Part shown: positions 37,501 to 48,225 of the stretch, piece after piece
Layout: every line of letters begins with the position of its first letter
Position numbering within the stretch: the first letter of the stretch is position 1
Source: Mobula hypostoma
Taxonomy: Eukaryota
Length of the DNA: 64,000 nt
Reading direction: 5' to 3'
Assembly (NCBI RefSeq): GCF_963921235.1
Contig: NC_086118.1
Span: 14,572,001-14,636,000, forward strand
Made by a program: the position numbers and the translations under genes
The notes under the pieces: generated by a model
Database searches by the model: none
The model's input: the letters and a program-made list of their open reading frames with translations, nothing else
What the model was told of the DNA's origin: nothing

Positions 37501-40170
37501 ACCTGTGAATTCACAGGGTACTGAACCTTGTGTTGAAACTCAGTTAAGGTCTGAGCGTCTGACTTGGTTGAAAGCGAATGCAGTCCTTTTGTGTCAGATG
37601 GACTTGGTTCAGTGAATAAGGGGTTAACCTTGGTACCAGTGGAAATTGAGGATTCTCAGTCACTTGTGTTAGTTGGTGATGAGATGAAAATTGGTGAGGT
37701 AAATGTTATTGATGGTATTGGGAAAGGTGTTGATTCTGAACCTTTGAATAAGGTAAATTTGAAGTCTGGATTGGTTTCAAGACCTTTAACTTTGCTGAGA
37801 GAAACAGCTGTCTCAGATGCTGAGACAGTACATGTTGATTTGTTTAACTATATTTTGGAATTTAAAGATAAACAACGTGGACTTGTTTACCAAGTTTGTG
37901 GTGTGGACAGACAAAACTTGAAGTGTTGTTTTGACCAGGAGGGACCATCTTCAGGTGTTATTATGGAAACATATAGATCTAAAGATCTTGGAGATAAAAT
38001 TAATGACTTGTTTGGGATAAAGGACTTGTTTGGAAATTCAGCAAATGGGCTTAGTTTGGAAAACATTGGTGATAAACTAGCACCTGTCCAGAGTAAATTT
38101 CAGGCAGTTATCCGAGCTGATAAGCAAGTTGATCACGTGATGACTAAGTGTTCTGTTTAGAAGTGGACAAAGGGACAATGAATGATCAAACGCCATTTTG
38201 AATATAACAGGATCTGGTATTGCAGGAATTTGACCTTTTTGTAACAAAGCATGTGAACGGTAAAGACAATATCATGGTAGACTGACTGTCTGAATGTTAA
38301 GTTTAAAAGTGAAATAGAAAATAGTATTTGTATATGCTTCTGTAACATGCTACATGATAATCACATCTATTGCTTTATATTCTGTAATGTACAGTTAAAA
38401 AAAATTGCTCTGATCAAAATTTTGCTTTCTTGTGGGGAGGTGTTATGTACCCCTAGGGTTCATATTTTTCTGTGGACTGTCACTTTAAAACATCAGGAGA
38501 ATGAGACTGACTTTTGGACACTGAGCTATCACAGAGAGAGTGGGACGAAGCCTGCCTTGAGATGGTGTTTATACGAACTCCAAAGCTGTTTTGAATATAC
38601 AAGGACACTGCCTGCCTGTGAGTTCTTACAGAGAGAGAGCAATGAGCAGCTTGTGGGTCGTCATGGTGACCGAGGGCAGCATTAATTGATGGACAGCTAG
38701 TGTTCAGCATGCAGAGATAAATACAAGGTCAGCTGGTTGTTAGATAGACACACGTGGTTTTGGACACTGGATGAGCTTTGTGTGCCCACAGAAGAGTGGG
38801 TTTTGGAGGATTGATCAGGAGAATCAATCAGTGGCTCTCGCAGTGTGGAAAAGGTGTGACTGGTGGGAAGTTATCAGTGTGTCCAACTCTTGCCTGGTTT
38901 GATAACTCTATCACAGAAGACAGCCTCCTTTTTGTGGTCACATTCGGTGACTTTAAAGGAAGAGAAGAGGGGAGAGGAAGGTTTGAAACAGAAGAAACCT
39001 AGTGACAAAGAGGTCACTGTTTGGACTCTCACTCTAAGTAACCTGAAAGGATGAGTTTGTGTTCCATTCGTATACGAAGGTGTGACTGTCACGTAGTTAA
39101 TCCACAGGAGTGGGTTCTCTGGTGAGGGGAGTACCTTTGTGACTACCACTTGTGTGTTACCGTTGTTTGGGTGTGGTAATTCACTGAAGATGGGCACCCC
39201 TGTGGCAAATCACTGTTGGAGTTATTTCATATGTCATGGAACTGGATAAGTGGCTATCACTTTGTGTGTTTGGGGTAACCTTGTGGAATCTACCAGTGTA
39301 TCGACCCTTGCCTGGGTGGTGGTTCCGTTGAAAAGGGTCCCCTTAGTGATAGACTACTGTTGGTGATAATCCGTATGTTGATCTGTTTGACTATCCTGTG
39401 GCCACCGCTTTGAGAAGTCCCGTAGCTGAATTTGGGTGTGGTACCACTTGTGTTGAAAGGATATTCATTGGAGATCACTGTCGGTGATACTTCATGTGTG
39501 GAGTGGAACAACTTCGGAGATAAAACCTGCTACTATTTTTATTCTGTATTGCTGTCGTGGAATCTGTGGAATATCGACGTAATTGCCTTCTCACAACATT
39601 CGCCTTTGGATTACAAACACCTCGCATTAATTAACCTGTGCACCTGAACTGAACTTTTCTTACCTACCATTGTAAGACCGTATCAATTACCACCTAAGCT
39701 TGAAGAAGTTTGGCTTTTATATTTACACACCTGTATATGCATAAACTTTGCTAACTTGTTTGATTTATCTGGTTATATATTACTGTACTGCGTAGTTACT
39801 AATAAAATGGAATTAGTTAACAGCAATACGAGACTCCAGGTGTGTTCCATTTCTGCTGGTTCTTTAACCCTTTACAGGGTACGTAACAATAGCATTCGGA
39901 CAAGAACTGTTAGAATGGGAAGCAGCTTCTTCCCGCAGGCCGGAAGACTACTGAACTCCCTGCCACCACCCAGGTCTCTTCATGCATGGTGCAAGTAGCA
40001 TTATACTGTTTACTATTAACTTGTGTCATATATTTACCTGTGCTAATATTACTTAGTATTATGCTTTTGAGTTGTATGTCTTGTGTTGTGCACCTTGGTT
40101 TGGAGAAACGTTCCATTTGGCGGTGTACACATGTATGGTAGAACAGTAATAAACCAAACTTGAACCTGAA
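34600..40170 (+). mobile_element. Rex1/Babar LINE 3' half, split by the LTR element (34600-35442 and 39889-40170)
   Basis: '[26 protein letters not shown]...[16 protein letters not shown]'; host sequence 'ggcaggatgtaccata' resumes as 'atagcattcggacaagaact...agcttcttccc' after the 3' LTR. Confidence 0.85.
35443..39888 (+). mobile_element. Non-autonomous Gmr1-like Ty3/Gypsy LTR retrotransposon (LTRs 35443-36888 and 38441-39888)
   Basis: Two ~1.45-kb direct repeats with TGT..ACA ends; PBS-like TGGAGGCACCGCCGGGAT after the 5' LTR; PPT GGGGAGG before the 3' LTR; gag SCAN-like 'ELVVMQKFKKCVPDDVRACLDEK...LRESARLADEVVLTHK'; RNase H C-terminus remnant 'LVLQEFDL...KHVNGKDNIMVD*LS' near the 3' end of the interior. 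Confidence 0.92.
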
Positions 40171-40357
40171 ATTGAATTTGCCTCCACTACCATTCCCCAC
40201 TTTTACCCAAACTGGGATGAGCAGCATTTGCAGGATTACGACGTATGAATCATATTTTCTTTTCTGTTGTCGCTGTGTAAATAAATATTCTCTGCTGTAA
40301 TATTTAGCTAATTGTGAGAAATTGAAAATTAATTTTTAACCTGTACTTCCTCAACAG

Positions 40358-40503
40358 TCTGAATACAATTCAGAGGAGGTGAAGCAATTGCGGACAGATC
40401 TCGAAAGAGGGAAGCGGAAGCTTGAAGGAGACCTGAAGATGACCATTGACAGCCTAAATGAAATGGAAAAGCTGAAAGTTGACCTGGAAGAAGTCATTAA
40501 GAA
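40358..40503 (+). CDS. MYH16: Exon of a sarcomeric myosin heavy chain rod, MYH16-like (146 nt, phase 0/2)
   Basis: Acceptor 'tacttcctcaacag', donor 'aa|gtgagt'; [58 protein letters not shown] is a sarcomeric myosin hallmark, DLKMTID.LNEME..K.DLEEV.KK resembles MYH16, and 146 nt matches the homologous MYH exon as recalled. Confidence 0.9.
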
Positions 40504-43499
40504 GTGAGTATTGTTTTCTTTTATTTCTTAATAACTTGTCTGGATGTCTGGCGTCACTTAGCACTTTTCTGAAAGGGTGTTTATTCAGTACGTCAAAAAT
40601 CAAAGCTATAAAAATTATTGAAAATAGCAAAAAAAAACCCTGCCAATATTTACAAAAATATATCTACCAGAAAACACAATTATGGCTACGTACTATGTCC
40701 TGGCAGCTCCGAATTCTCTCCCCTACTCTACTGAAAGTGATCTGCCCCATTTATTACGTACCAGGACATACTATCTTCAATTACCGATGAACTTAACTTG
40801 AGACTACACATGATATACTCCACAATGTAGTAACAATCATATTAAAAAAATAAACTGAAGTATCTACTTTAAATCCTTAAATACAGTATACAGACAACAT
40901 ATACACATTCCAACTCCATTAATAAAGAAATAGAATATTCCACTGTGCTAGGCAGGAGAGCACCATGAGGCAACCCCACTACCCCACTACCCCACTATGA
41001 GGACATACCGGTGGGGGGGGGGAGACATTGAATGCAACACTCAATGCAACAACAGCAGAATCACAAGTAAGTGTGTGTATGTGTGTGTACATGTGTACGA
41101 GTTCATTTACTGAGCACTCTCAATCACAGATATGTTCACAAAGTCCAGGGTGTAAATGGGCAAAATCTTGGTGCATTTCTTTCTTTGAGGTTAGCCTGTG
41201 GCTCAAACTTATGAAATACACCTGTAAGTCCTAGTATACCGAGTGTACGTTGATTGTGTTCAGCTGCTTCAAGGATTGACTTGTTGTGCATTCAGAGATG
41301 CTCTTCTGCACACCAGTGTCATAATGCCTGGTTACTTGAGTTACTATCACCTCTCTGTCAGCTTGAACTAGTCTGGCCATTTTCCTCTGACCTCTCTCAT
41401 TAAAGTGGCACTTTTGCCAACAGAACTGTAGCTCACTGGATTTTTTTTTTTGTTTTGTTTTTCACACCATTCTCTGTAAATTCCAGAGAGGTTTTGTGTG
41501 AAAATCCCAAGAGGTGAACAGTTTCTGAGATATTCAAAACCACCTGTTCAGGCACCAACAATCATTCCATGGTTAAAGTCACTTGAATCACATTTCTCCC
41601 CATTCTGATGTTTGGTCTGAAGTACAACTGAACCTCTTGACCTCTTGACCATGTCTGCAAGCTTTAATACATTGAGTTGATGCCACATGATCAGCTGATT
41701 AGATATTTATATTAATGAGCAGTTGTAGTCGTGTCCCTAATAAAATGGCCACTGGATGTATTTTGATCACTTTGCCTGCCGTTCCCATCTCTCCTTTGTA
41801 TTTTAACCTTGAAACCTAATTAGTAAAAGTGCCTCATTCTTGAATCTCTCCACTGAAGGTAGTTCTGTTAAAGTTTCTTGGTTGAAAGTGTGGGTTCGGG
41901 TGCTATTGAAGAAACCTCAATAAGTTGCTGCAGCCGTTGCATTATGCAGATGTTTGGCTGCATCATCGTTTAGGGAGTGATTATCTTGGTGGCTGTATTA
42001 GGATCCATCTGCACGCAAATTTAAAAAGAGATTGAAATTACAATTTTCATTTCTATTAAATACTTAATGGCTATTTACCCTGTCCTCATCTGATAGATGA
42101 AGTCCTGGATTTTATTACTATCTAATTAAAGTAGATCCTTCAATGTTTGCAAATAGTTATTACTTTTAAATAAACAGGATAATATTTTAATTTTTTTTTC
42201 AATTTCTGGAAATTCCCATTCTTCTGATGGATCTCTCATTTATGCTATGTGAAAGTAAAGGGTGTGTTCATTCTACTCTCCTGGGTTTCTTTTTGGTGAT
42301 TAAAAGTTGAATGTTTCATTCTCTGTGGCGTTCCCTTCAGACCTTAGTAATTGTCTATAACTGTGCTGCCTCCTGGGTGGTCTGGTTCACATGGGCTTCA
42401 CAGTATTCCATTTGAAGAGCTTTGTTATGTGCTTGATAAAAATCAGGCAATGAGCAGAAAACAAATCAAAATTAGTTAAAGCAAATTAGGACAAACATCA
42501 CACTAAACCCTAGAACTTTGGCATACATTCGCTGATCAAAGTGGTGCTGTTCTTTGGGTGTTGTGGTCTTAAATATATGGGAAATAAGTAAGAAAGTTGA
42601 ATTTTGGATGCATTAGAACATCCTCATATCTTAGGAAATACATTTCTATCTATGTTAAATATTATGCAAGCAGAATTGGCAGATTTGCAAACCAGCAAAC
42701 CATTAAAGAAAATCTGATATGAATATGAAGCAATCTAGCTTCTTAATTATGGCAAGCTGAAGGCCTGTCAGCCCATCAGTTTCATGCCTGCCCTCTAATA
42801 AATCCCATTACACCTCTTCCTGTTTCTCAGTGCCTTGTTCTCATTCAGTTAACTATCAACTCCCCATTTTATCCTTTAATCTTTGCCTACACTGAGGTGT
42901 AATTCACAGAGGCCAGTTAATCTATCAGTGCATATTTTGGCGATAGGAGGAAACTGGAGCAGCGAGCAGAAATCCACACAATCCAAGGAGGATCCTGCAA
43001 ACTCCACATGGAGAGCAGCAGGAGTTGGGATTGAACTTGTCACTGTTTCCCTTCATACGAACAGAACAGTTAAGAGATCTGATCTCCAGGCTATACTTCT
43101 CAGGACACGTGAAATAATTACTAACAACCATAGATGTTCTGTTGAGTTAACTCTTAAAGACTTAAAAGTGTTTTACAGACAGTGGTGGGAATTGACCCTG
43201 ATCGCTGGTCACTAATGCTGTAATAGTGTTATGCTAACTGCTACACTACTGTGCGCTCCTAAACCTTAACATATCATGTGTAAGTAAATTGATGAATTAG
43301 AACATTTTCTACTTAATGCTTCCCTGACCTGTTACTGATATTTATATAATGGTAGATGCTTAGTCCTTTTAAAACTTTTCTCTTTCATATCTGAACTCTT
43401 CTTTTCACATATATCAAATATATGACTGCCAGATCATTTCAGCTTGAGTAAAGTTTTGAGAAACTTTCCTCTATGTGAAGTGTTTTGTTCTATTTTAAG

Positions 43500-43590
43500 G
43501 AAAGAGCTGGAGATCAGTTCAGTGAACACTAAACTGGAAGATGAACAATCTTTAACTGCTACTCTTCAGAGGAAGATTAAGGAATATCAG
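43500..43590 (+). CDS. MYH16: Exon of a sarcomeric myosin heavy chain rod, MYH16-like (91 nt, phase 2/0)
   Basis: Acceptor 'ttgttctattttaag', donor 'cag|gtaaga'; KELEISSVNTKLEDEQSLTATLQRKIKEYQ; phase-compatible with the preceding exon; 91 nt matches the homologous MYH exon as recalled. Confidence 0.9.
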
Positions 43591-44550
43591 GTAAGATGAT
43601 TTTGCCAGTTGTTCTATAACACTTCTCTACAAATATCAGTGTCTACAGTGTCAGTCATTCTGTAGAAATGAACTAAAACATTAAGGTGAAGAAATTTATC
43701 CAGCCCAGAACAGGTGTATAGTTAATGGCATTATGACTGGTTGTGGTTGGAAAATAGATCCAAATTTGGCATCTGGGTATAATAAAGTGGCAGCAGTCCA
43801 GCACCAAATTAGCAGCTTGGTTGCTTAGCAGAGTGTCCAGCACCCCACCGCTGCCCACATTGCAGCTGCAAATGGGAAATGTGGATGGCGGGGTGGGGAT
43901 ACCAAAGGAGGTGTAAGGCACCCCTGCTGCTAACTTGTAGGTCACCCTTGGGCAATGTGTAGCACCTGCTTGCCCCCCTCCCTGATCAGGGTCACATGAA
44001 GCCATGGGAGCAGGTGGTGGATGGTCGTACGAGCAGCTGGTGCGTATCACAAATCCTGGTTATGCAACCACTGACGCCAGGCAGACATTCTCAAAAGGGT
44101 ACTGATTATAGCTGGGGTCACCCATCTTGTAGTTGTAAACCATTTATGATGAAAAACTTGCCAAGAACAATAATTGCCTTGAAAAGACCACAATCTCCTA
44201 CAACATATAACATGGTACACAATGAGCAAATGAATGATGGGAGGTGGGGAAACAATCTAATGCTTCATTACTTTATGTTATTGTTGCATTTGGTTCTAAT
44301 CTCATGTCTATCACCTTTTATCCAATCTGCAGAAATTAGATGCAGATGTGATTTGCAGTTCTATTTGGTGGTTTTCAGCAATTCTTTTCTGAATTGTTGG
44401 GCAATTGGGAGCAGGTACATTTACACCATGTTTGCTCATTATTGGTGTTGTCCCTTCTTTGAAAGGGCCCAATAATGACACTGAGAGCACAGAAGAGCTT
44501 CTGTGTCATAGAGTAACTGAATATCCGTAAATAATAAATAATGTTCCTTT

Positions 44551-46010
44551 TACACACAAAATGCTGGAGAGACTCAGCGGGTCAGTCAGCATCTGTTGAG
44601 GGGAATAGAGGCTGAGACCATTCATCAGAATTGGAAAGAAAATGGAGAAGAACCCAGAATAAGAAGGTGGGGTGAGAGGAGTACAAGCTAGAAAGTGATA
44701 GGTGAGGCCAGGTAAGGGGGGAGGTAGGTGGATGGGGAGGGGGCTGAAGTGAAAAGCTAGGAGGTGATAGTTAGATGAGGCAAAGGGCTGAAGAAGAAGG
44801 CATCTGACAGCAGAGGAGAGTGGACCATGGGAGAAAGGGAAGGGAGGAGGGACACAGGGGGATCGGGGCGATAGGCAGGTGAGGAGAATAGGTAAGAGGG
44901 GATTCAGAATGAAGAATGGAAGAAGAGAGAAGTGGGAGGAGCAATGACGTTCATGCCATCAGGTTGTAGACTACTCAGACATATGGACCACTTCATGAGC
45001 CTCCACATCTAATACAGCATTCTCTACACCTTCTGCCATCTTCATCAGGATCCTACCACTAACCACATCTTTACCTTACCTCAACCCACCACTTTCCACA
45101 GAAATCACTCCTTCCATGATTCCTTTGTCCATTTGTCCCTCCCCATTTATCTCCTTCCTGGTACTTAATTCCTTCAAGTGGAAGAACTGCTACACCTGCC
45201 CATTTACCTCCTCCCTTGCCTCAATTCTGGGCCCCAAGAGCTCCTTCTTGGTGAGGCAGCACATTACTTGTAGGTCTTTCGGGGTCATTTACAGTATCCA
45301 TTGCTCCTGGTGTGGCCTCCTCTAGATCGGTGAGACCCGAAGTAGAATGGGGGACAGCTTTGTTGAGCACCTTCTCTCCAGCTGCAACAAGCAGGATCTC
45401 CAGGTGGCCAACTATTTTTACGTCCAATTCCCATTCTCATTCCAACATGTTGGTCCATGACATCTTTTACTGCCAAGATGAGGCCACTCTCAGGTTGGAG
45501 AAGCAACACCTCACATTTTGTCTGGGTAGCTTCCAACCTAATGGCATGAACATCAATTTCTCTATCCTGGTATTTCTTCCCCCCCCCCCCTTCTTCCATT
45601 CCCCATTCTGCCTCCCCTCTTACCCCTTCTCTTTTCCTTGCCTGACCATCACCTCTCTCTAGTGCCCCTCCTCCTTCCCTTTCTCTCATGGTCCCCTCAC
45701 CTATCAAATTCCTTCTTCAGCACTTTACCTTTTCCCTTTAACTTTTCCACCTATCACCTTCCAGCTTTCCACTTCCCCATCCACTTACCTTCCCCTTCAC
45801 ATGGCTCCACCTATCACCTTCTAGCTTGCACTCCTTCCCTCCACCCACCACCTTATTCTAGCCTCTTCCCCCTTTTCTTTCCAATTCTGATGGAAGGTCT
45901 CAGCTTAAAACATCAGCTTACTTTCCTCAGATGCTGCCTGACTTGCTAAGTTCCTCCAGCATTTTGTCTGTGTTACTCTGGACTCACAACATCTGCAGAA
46001 TCTCTTGTGT
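44551..46010 (+). mobile_element. Penelope-like retroelement 3' part (GIY-YIG endonuclease remnant) with an inverted terminal arm
   Basis: 'CYTCPF...VRQHITCRSFGVIYSIHCSWCGLL*IGET' and 'EATLRLEKQHLTFCLGSFQPNGMNINF'; 44551-44985 is an inverted copy of the 3' region; flanks TAATGTTCCTTT / TAGTGTCCCTTT are a probable TSD. Confidence 0.85.
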
Positions 46011-46320
46011 TAGTGTCCCTTTGATATTATGTTCAGTGCTAATGCATTTTAGTTCCATTAATGTGGTCTCTGTGCTAATATAATATGTCAAGCATGCAGA
46101 ATAATGGAGAACTGTGATCATATTATTCCACTGAGGTTTCCAGTAACCTCTGAGAGATAAAGTTACCAACCTCACAATGAGTTGTGGGTGTGGTTCCGCT
46201 GTTCGGAATGTGATCACTGAAAGCTAGGATTGAAATTCTCTCACCACAAGTGAATTTCTTGTAAAAGAACATTACGGATTTCAGTAGATAACATCTTATT
46301 GTGATATTATGACTTCAATA

Positions 46321-47392
46321 CCATGGATTCTGGTTAATCCGGGCAACCACTTATTTTGGACAACTCTTAAAGAACAAAAACAAATTAAGAAAATTGCCAG
46401 GATTCCCTTGGTTCATTTGGGACAATATGCTGCATAATTGGGGCAGGAAACTGTTGCTGAACCTTTTCTAATGAGCATCAGTCCGTGTGTACATTGTGTG
46501 GTCATTAGACACTGCACCGTGCTTAGAACAAACAGTTTTTAAATAGCGTCAGTTACATGTGTTTGCGTTCAAAAAGCAATAACTTTTGTCACTGATAGTT
46601 AGCAAGAACTTGAGCAGTAATACAGTTCAGAACTATTTTGTTCACTGTGGTTTTAAGCATTCAAGCTTGGAAGTGCCAGAAGTAGCCGGGAGTGAAAATT
46701 AAACAATTTCACTGTTTCAACAAGTTAGGAACTATGATGCATTCGAAGGTATTGACAATCATCTTGAGTGTTCCTTTTTGCCCCCACTGGACACTCAAGC
46801 TCATACCTGTGGCTCCAAGTAGCTGTTTACATGTGACAGCGATTACACCCCATTACACCTCTTAAACAAGTACGCTAAACCAGCTGAGGATAGCCAGTGG
46901 GCCTTTTACCCTCACGAGATAGGGACATGCCTGTTTTGGCAAACTGGGTAGATGAGATCTACAGTGAGACCCAATGGCCAGGAAGGCAGTGCTGCAACAC
47001 TACATGGAGAGCAAATCATATAATGAGGCAAATAAGGTGGTCATAGTTATCCACTGCAACCAGGGAAGACCAGTTGTGACATCTACTCATCCCCTGGACC
47101 TAGACTTCGAATTTCGAGAGAGCGGAACTGCCCCAATGCAGCGGCCTTTCCACTTTGCAAACTCTCCCACACAGGTTTCCTGTGGACGCTATAGACAACC
47201 ACCAGTAGCATTGGTAGTGTTCTAATTTGATCTGTATTTCCTTTAAGTACAAATTTGTTACTCAATTAAATGGTAGTTTGTCTTTTTTGTAGCTTTTTAA
47301 CGATTTCCATGAAACACTGGCTATTTGGGTTGGTCACTTAAGTGGCCAAAATATACTGGTGCCGATGTGTCTCCATTACCCAAAATCCCCTG
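46321..47392. mobile_element. pogo/Tigger-like non-autonomous DNA element, interrupted by an RTE-derived element (~46775-47225)
   Basis: TA followed by CCATGGATTCTGGTTAAT ... ATTACCCAAAATCCCCTG as imperfect TIRs. Family assignment tentative. Confidence 0.5.
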
Positions 47393-47949
47393 CATATCAC
47401 TGTGATTCAGTGCATCTAAAATTGGTGTATTGTGGGTAAATGTACAATGAAATTAACAATTGGTAACGACTAATGACATATTTTAGAAGAACATTAGGGA
47501 TGTCTTTATTTGAATATTGCTACAATATTTGGTACCAATCACTTATCAAGTGAAAGGGGCAAATTTTTACATATTGTTATTGTTCCTGATAGTTTTAAAA
47601 TGATTTCTCAGTATCCAAAATTTATGTTTATAAAATTCTGCTTTCATGTTTTAGTTTACAACTAATTTCCAAAGGTAAATCGCTTTTAGCGGCAGTTTCA
47701 GTGGGAAACTTAAATGTAAAATGTGAAATTTCCATGCGGTGGGCAAGGAAATTTTTCTACTTATCAACACGAGAAAGTCTGCAGACGCTGGAAACATAAA
47801 GCAACACACTCAAAATACTGGAGGAACTCAGCAAGTCTCAGCGTTTGTAGAAATGAATAAATAGTTGACATTTTGGACCAAGACCTATCTTCAGGACTGA
47901 AAAAGAAGGGGCAAAACAACGGATGTCAGTGTCAACATTTAATGATCTT

Positions 47950-48225
47950 GAACTGTAACAAGGCAACCAGATAGGGGAATCTGGGATCACAGGTAGGCAA
48001 GACCAAAAATAGGTGGCAGATTACCTTCCCGAAAGGACATTATTGAACCCAATGCATTTATACAGCAGTCCAGTGATGTGATGCTAACTGTTATTGACTC
48101 TGTATCTTTTTTATTGCTTGAGTTTAATTTCCTCAGGTGCTATGATGGGATTCCAACTCATGTTTGTAGATCAGTATCCCAGGCTTTGGGAGCCTAATCC
48201 AGTGACCTAACCACTGTGCTTCTGT
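47950..48225 (-). mobile_element. Ancient tRNA-derived SINE-like repeat (second copy at about 50480-50700, +)
   Basis: Both copies share 'aatctgccacc', a 'gaatt(t)aaa(t)ccagt'-like segment and B-box-like motifs; heavily diverged. Confidence 0.4.

Noticed and set aside
35826..39647. Duplicated ORF pairs (35826/38874 and 36432/39432) as paralogous genes
   Set aside because: They are the two LTRs of one retrotransposon.
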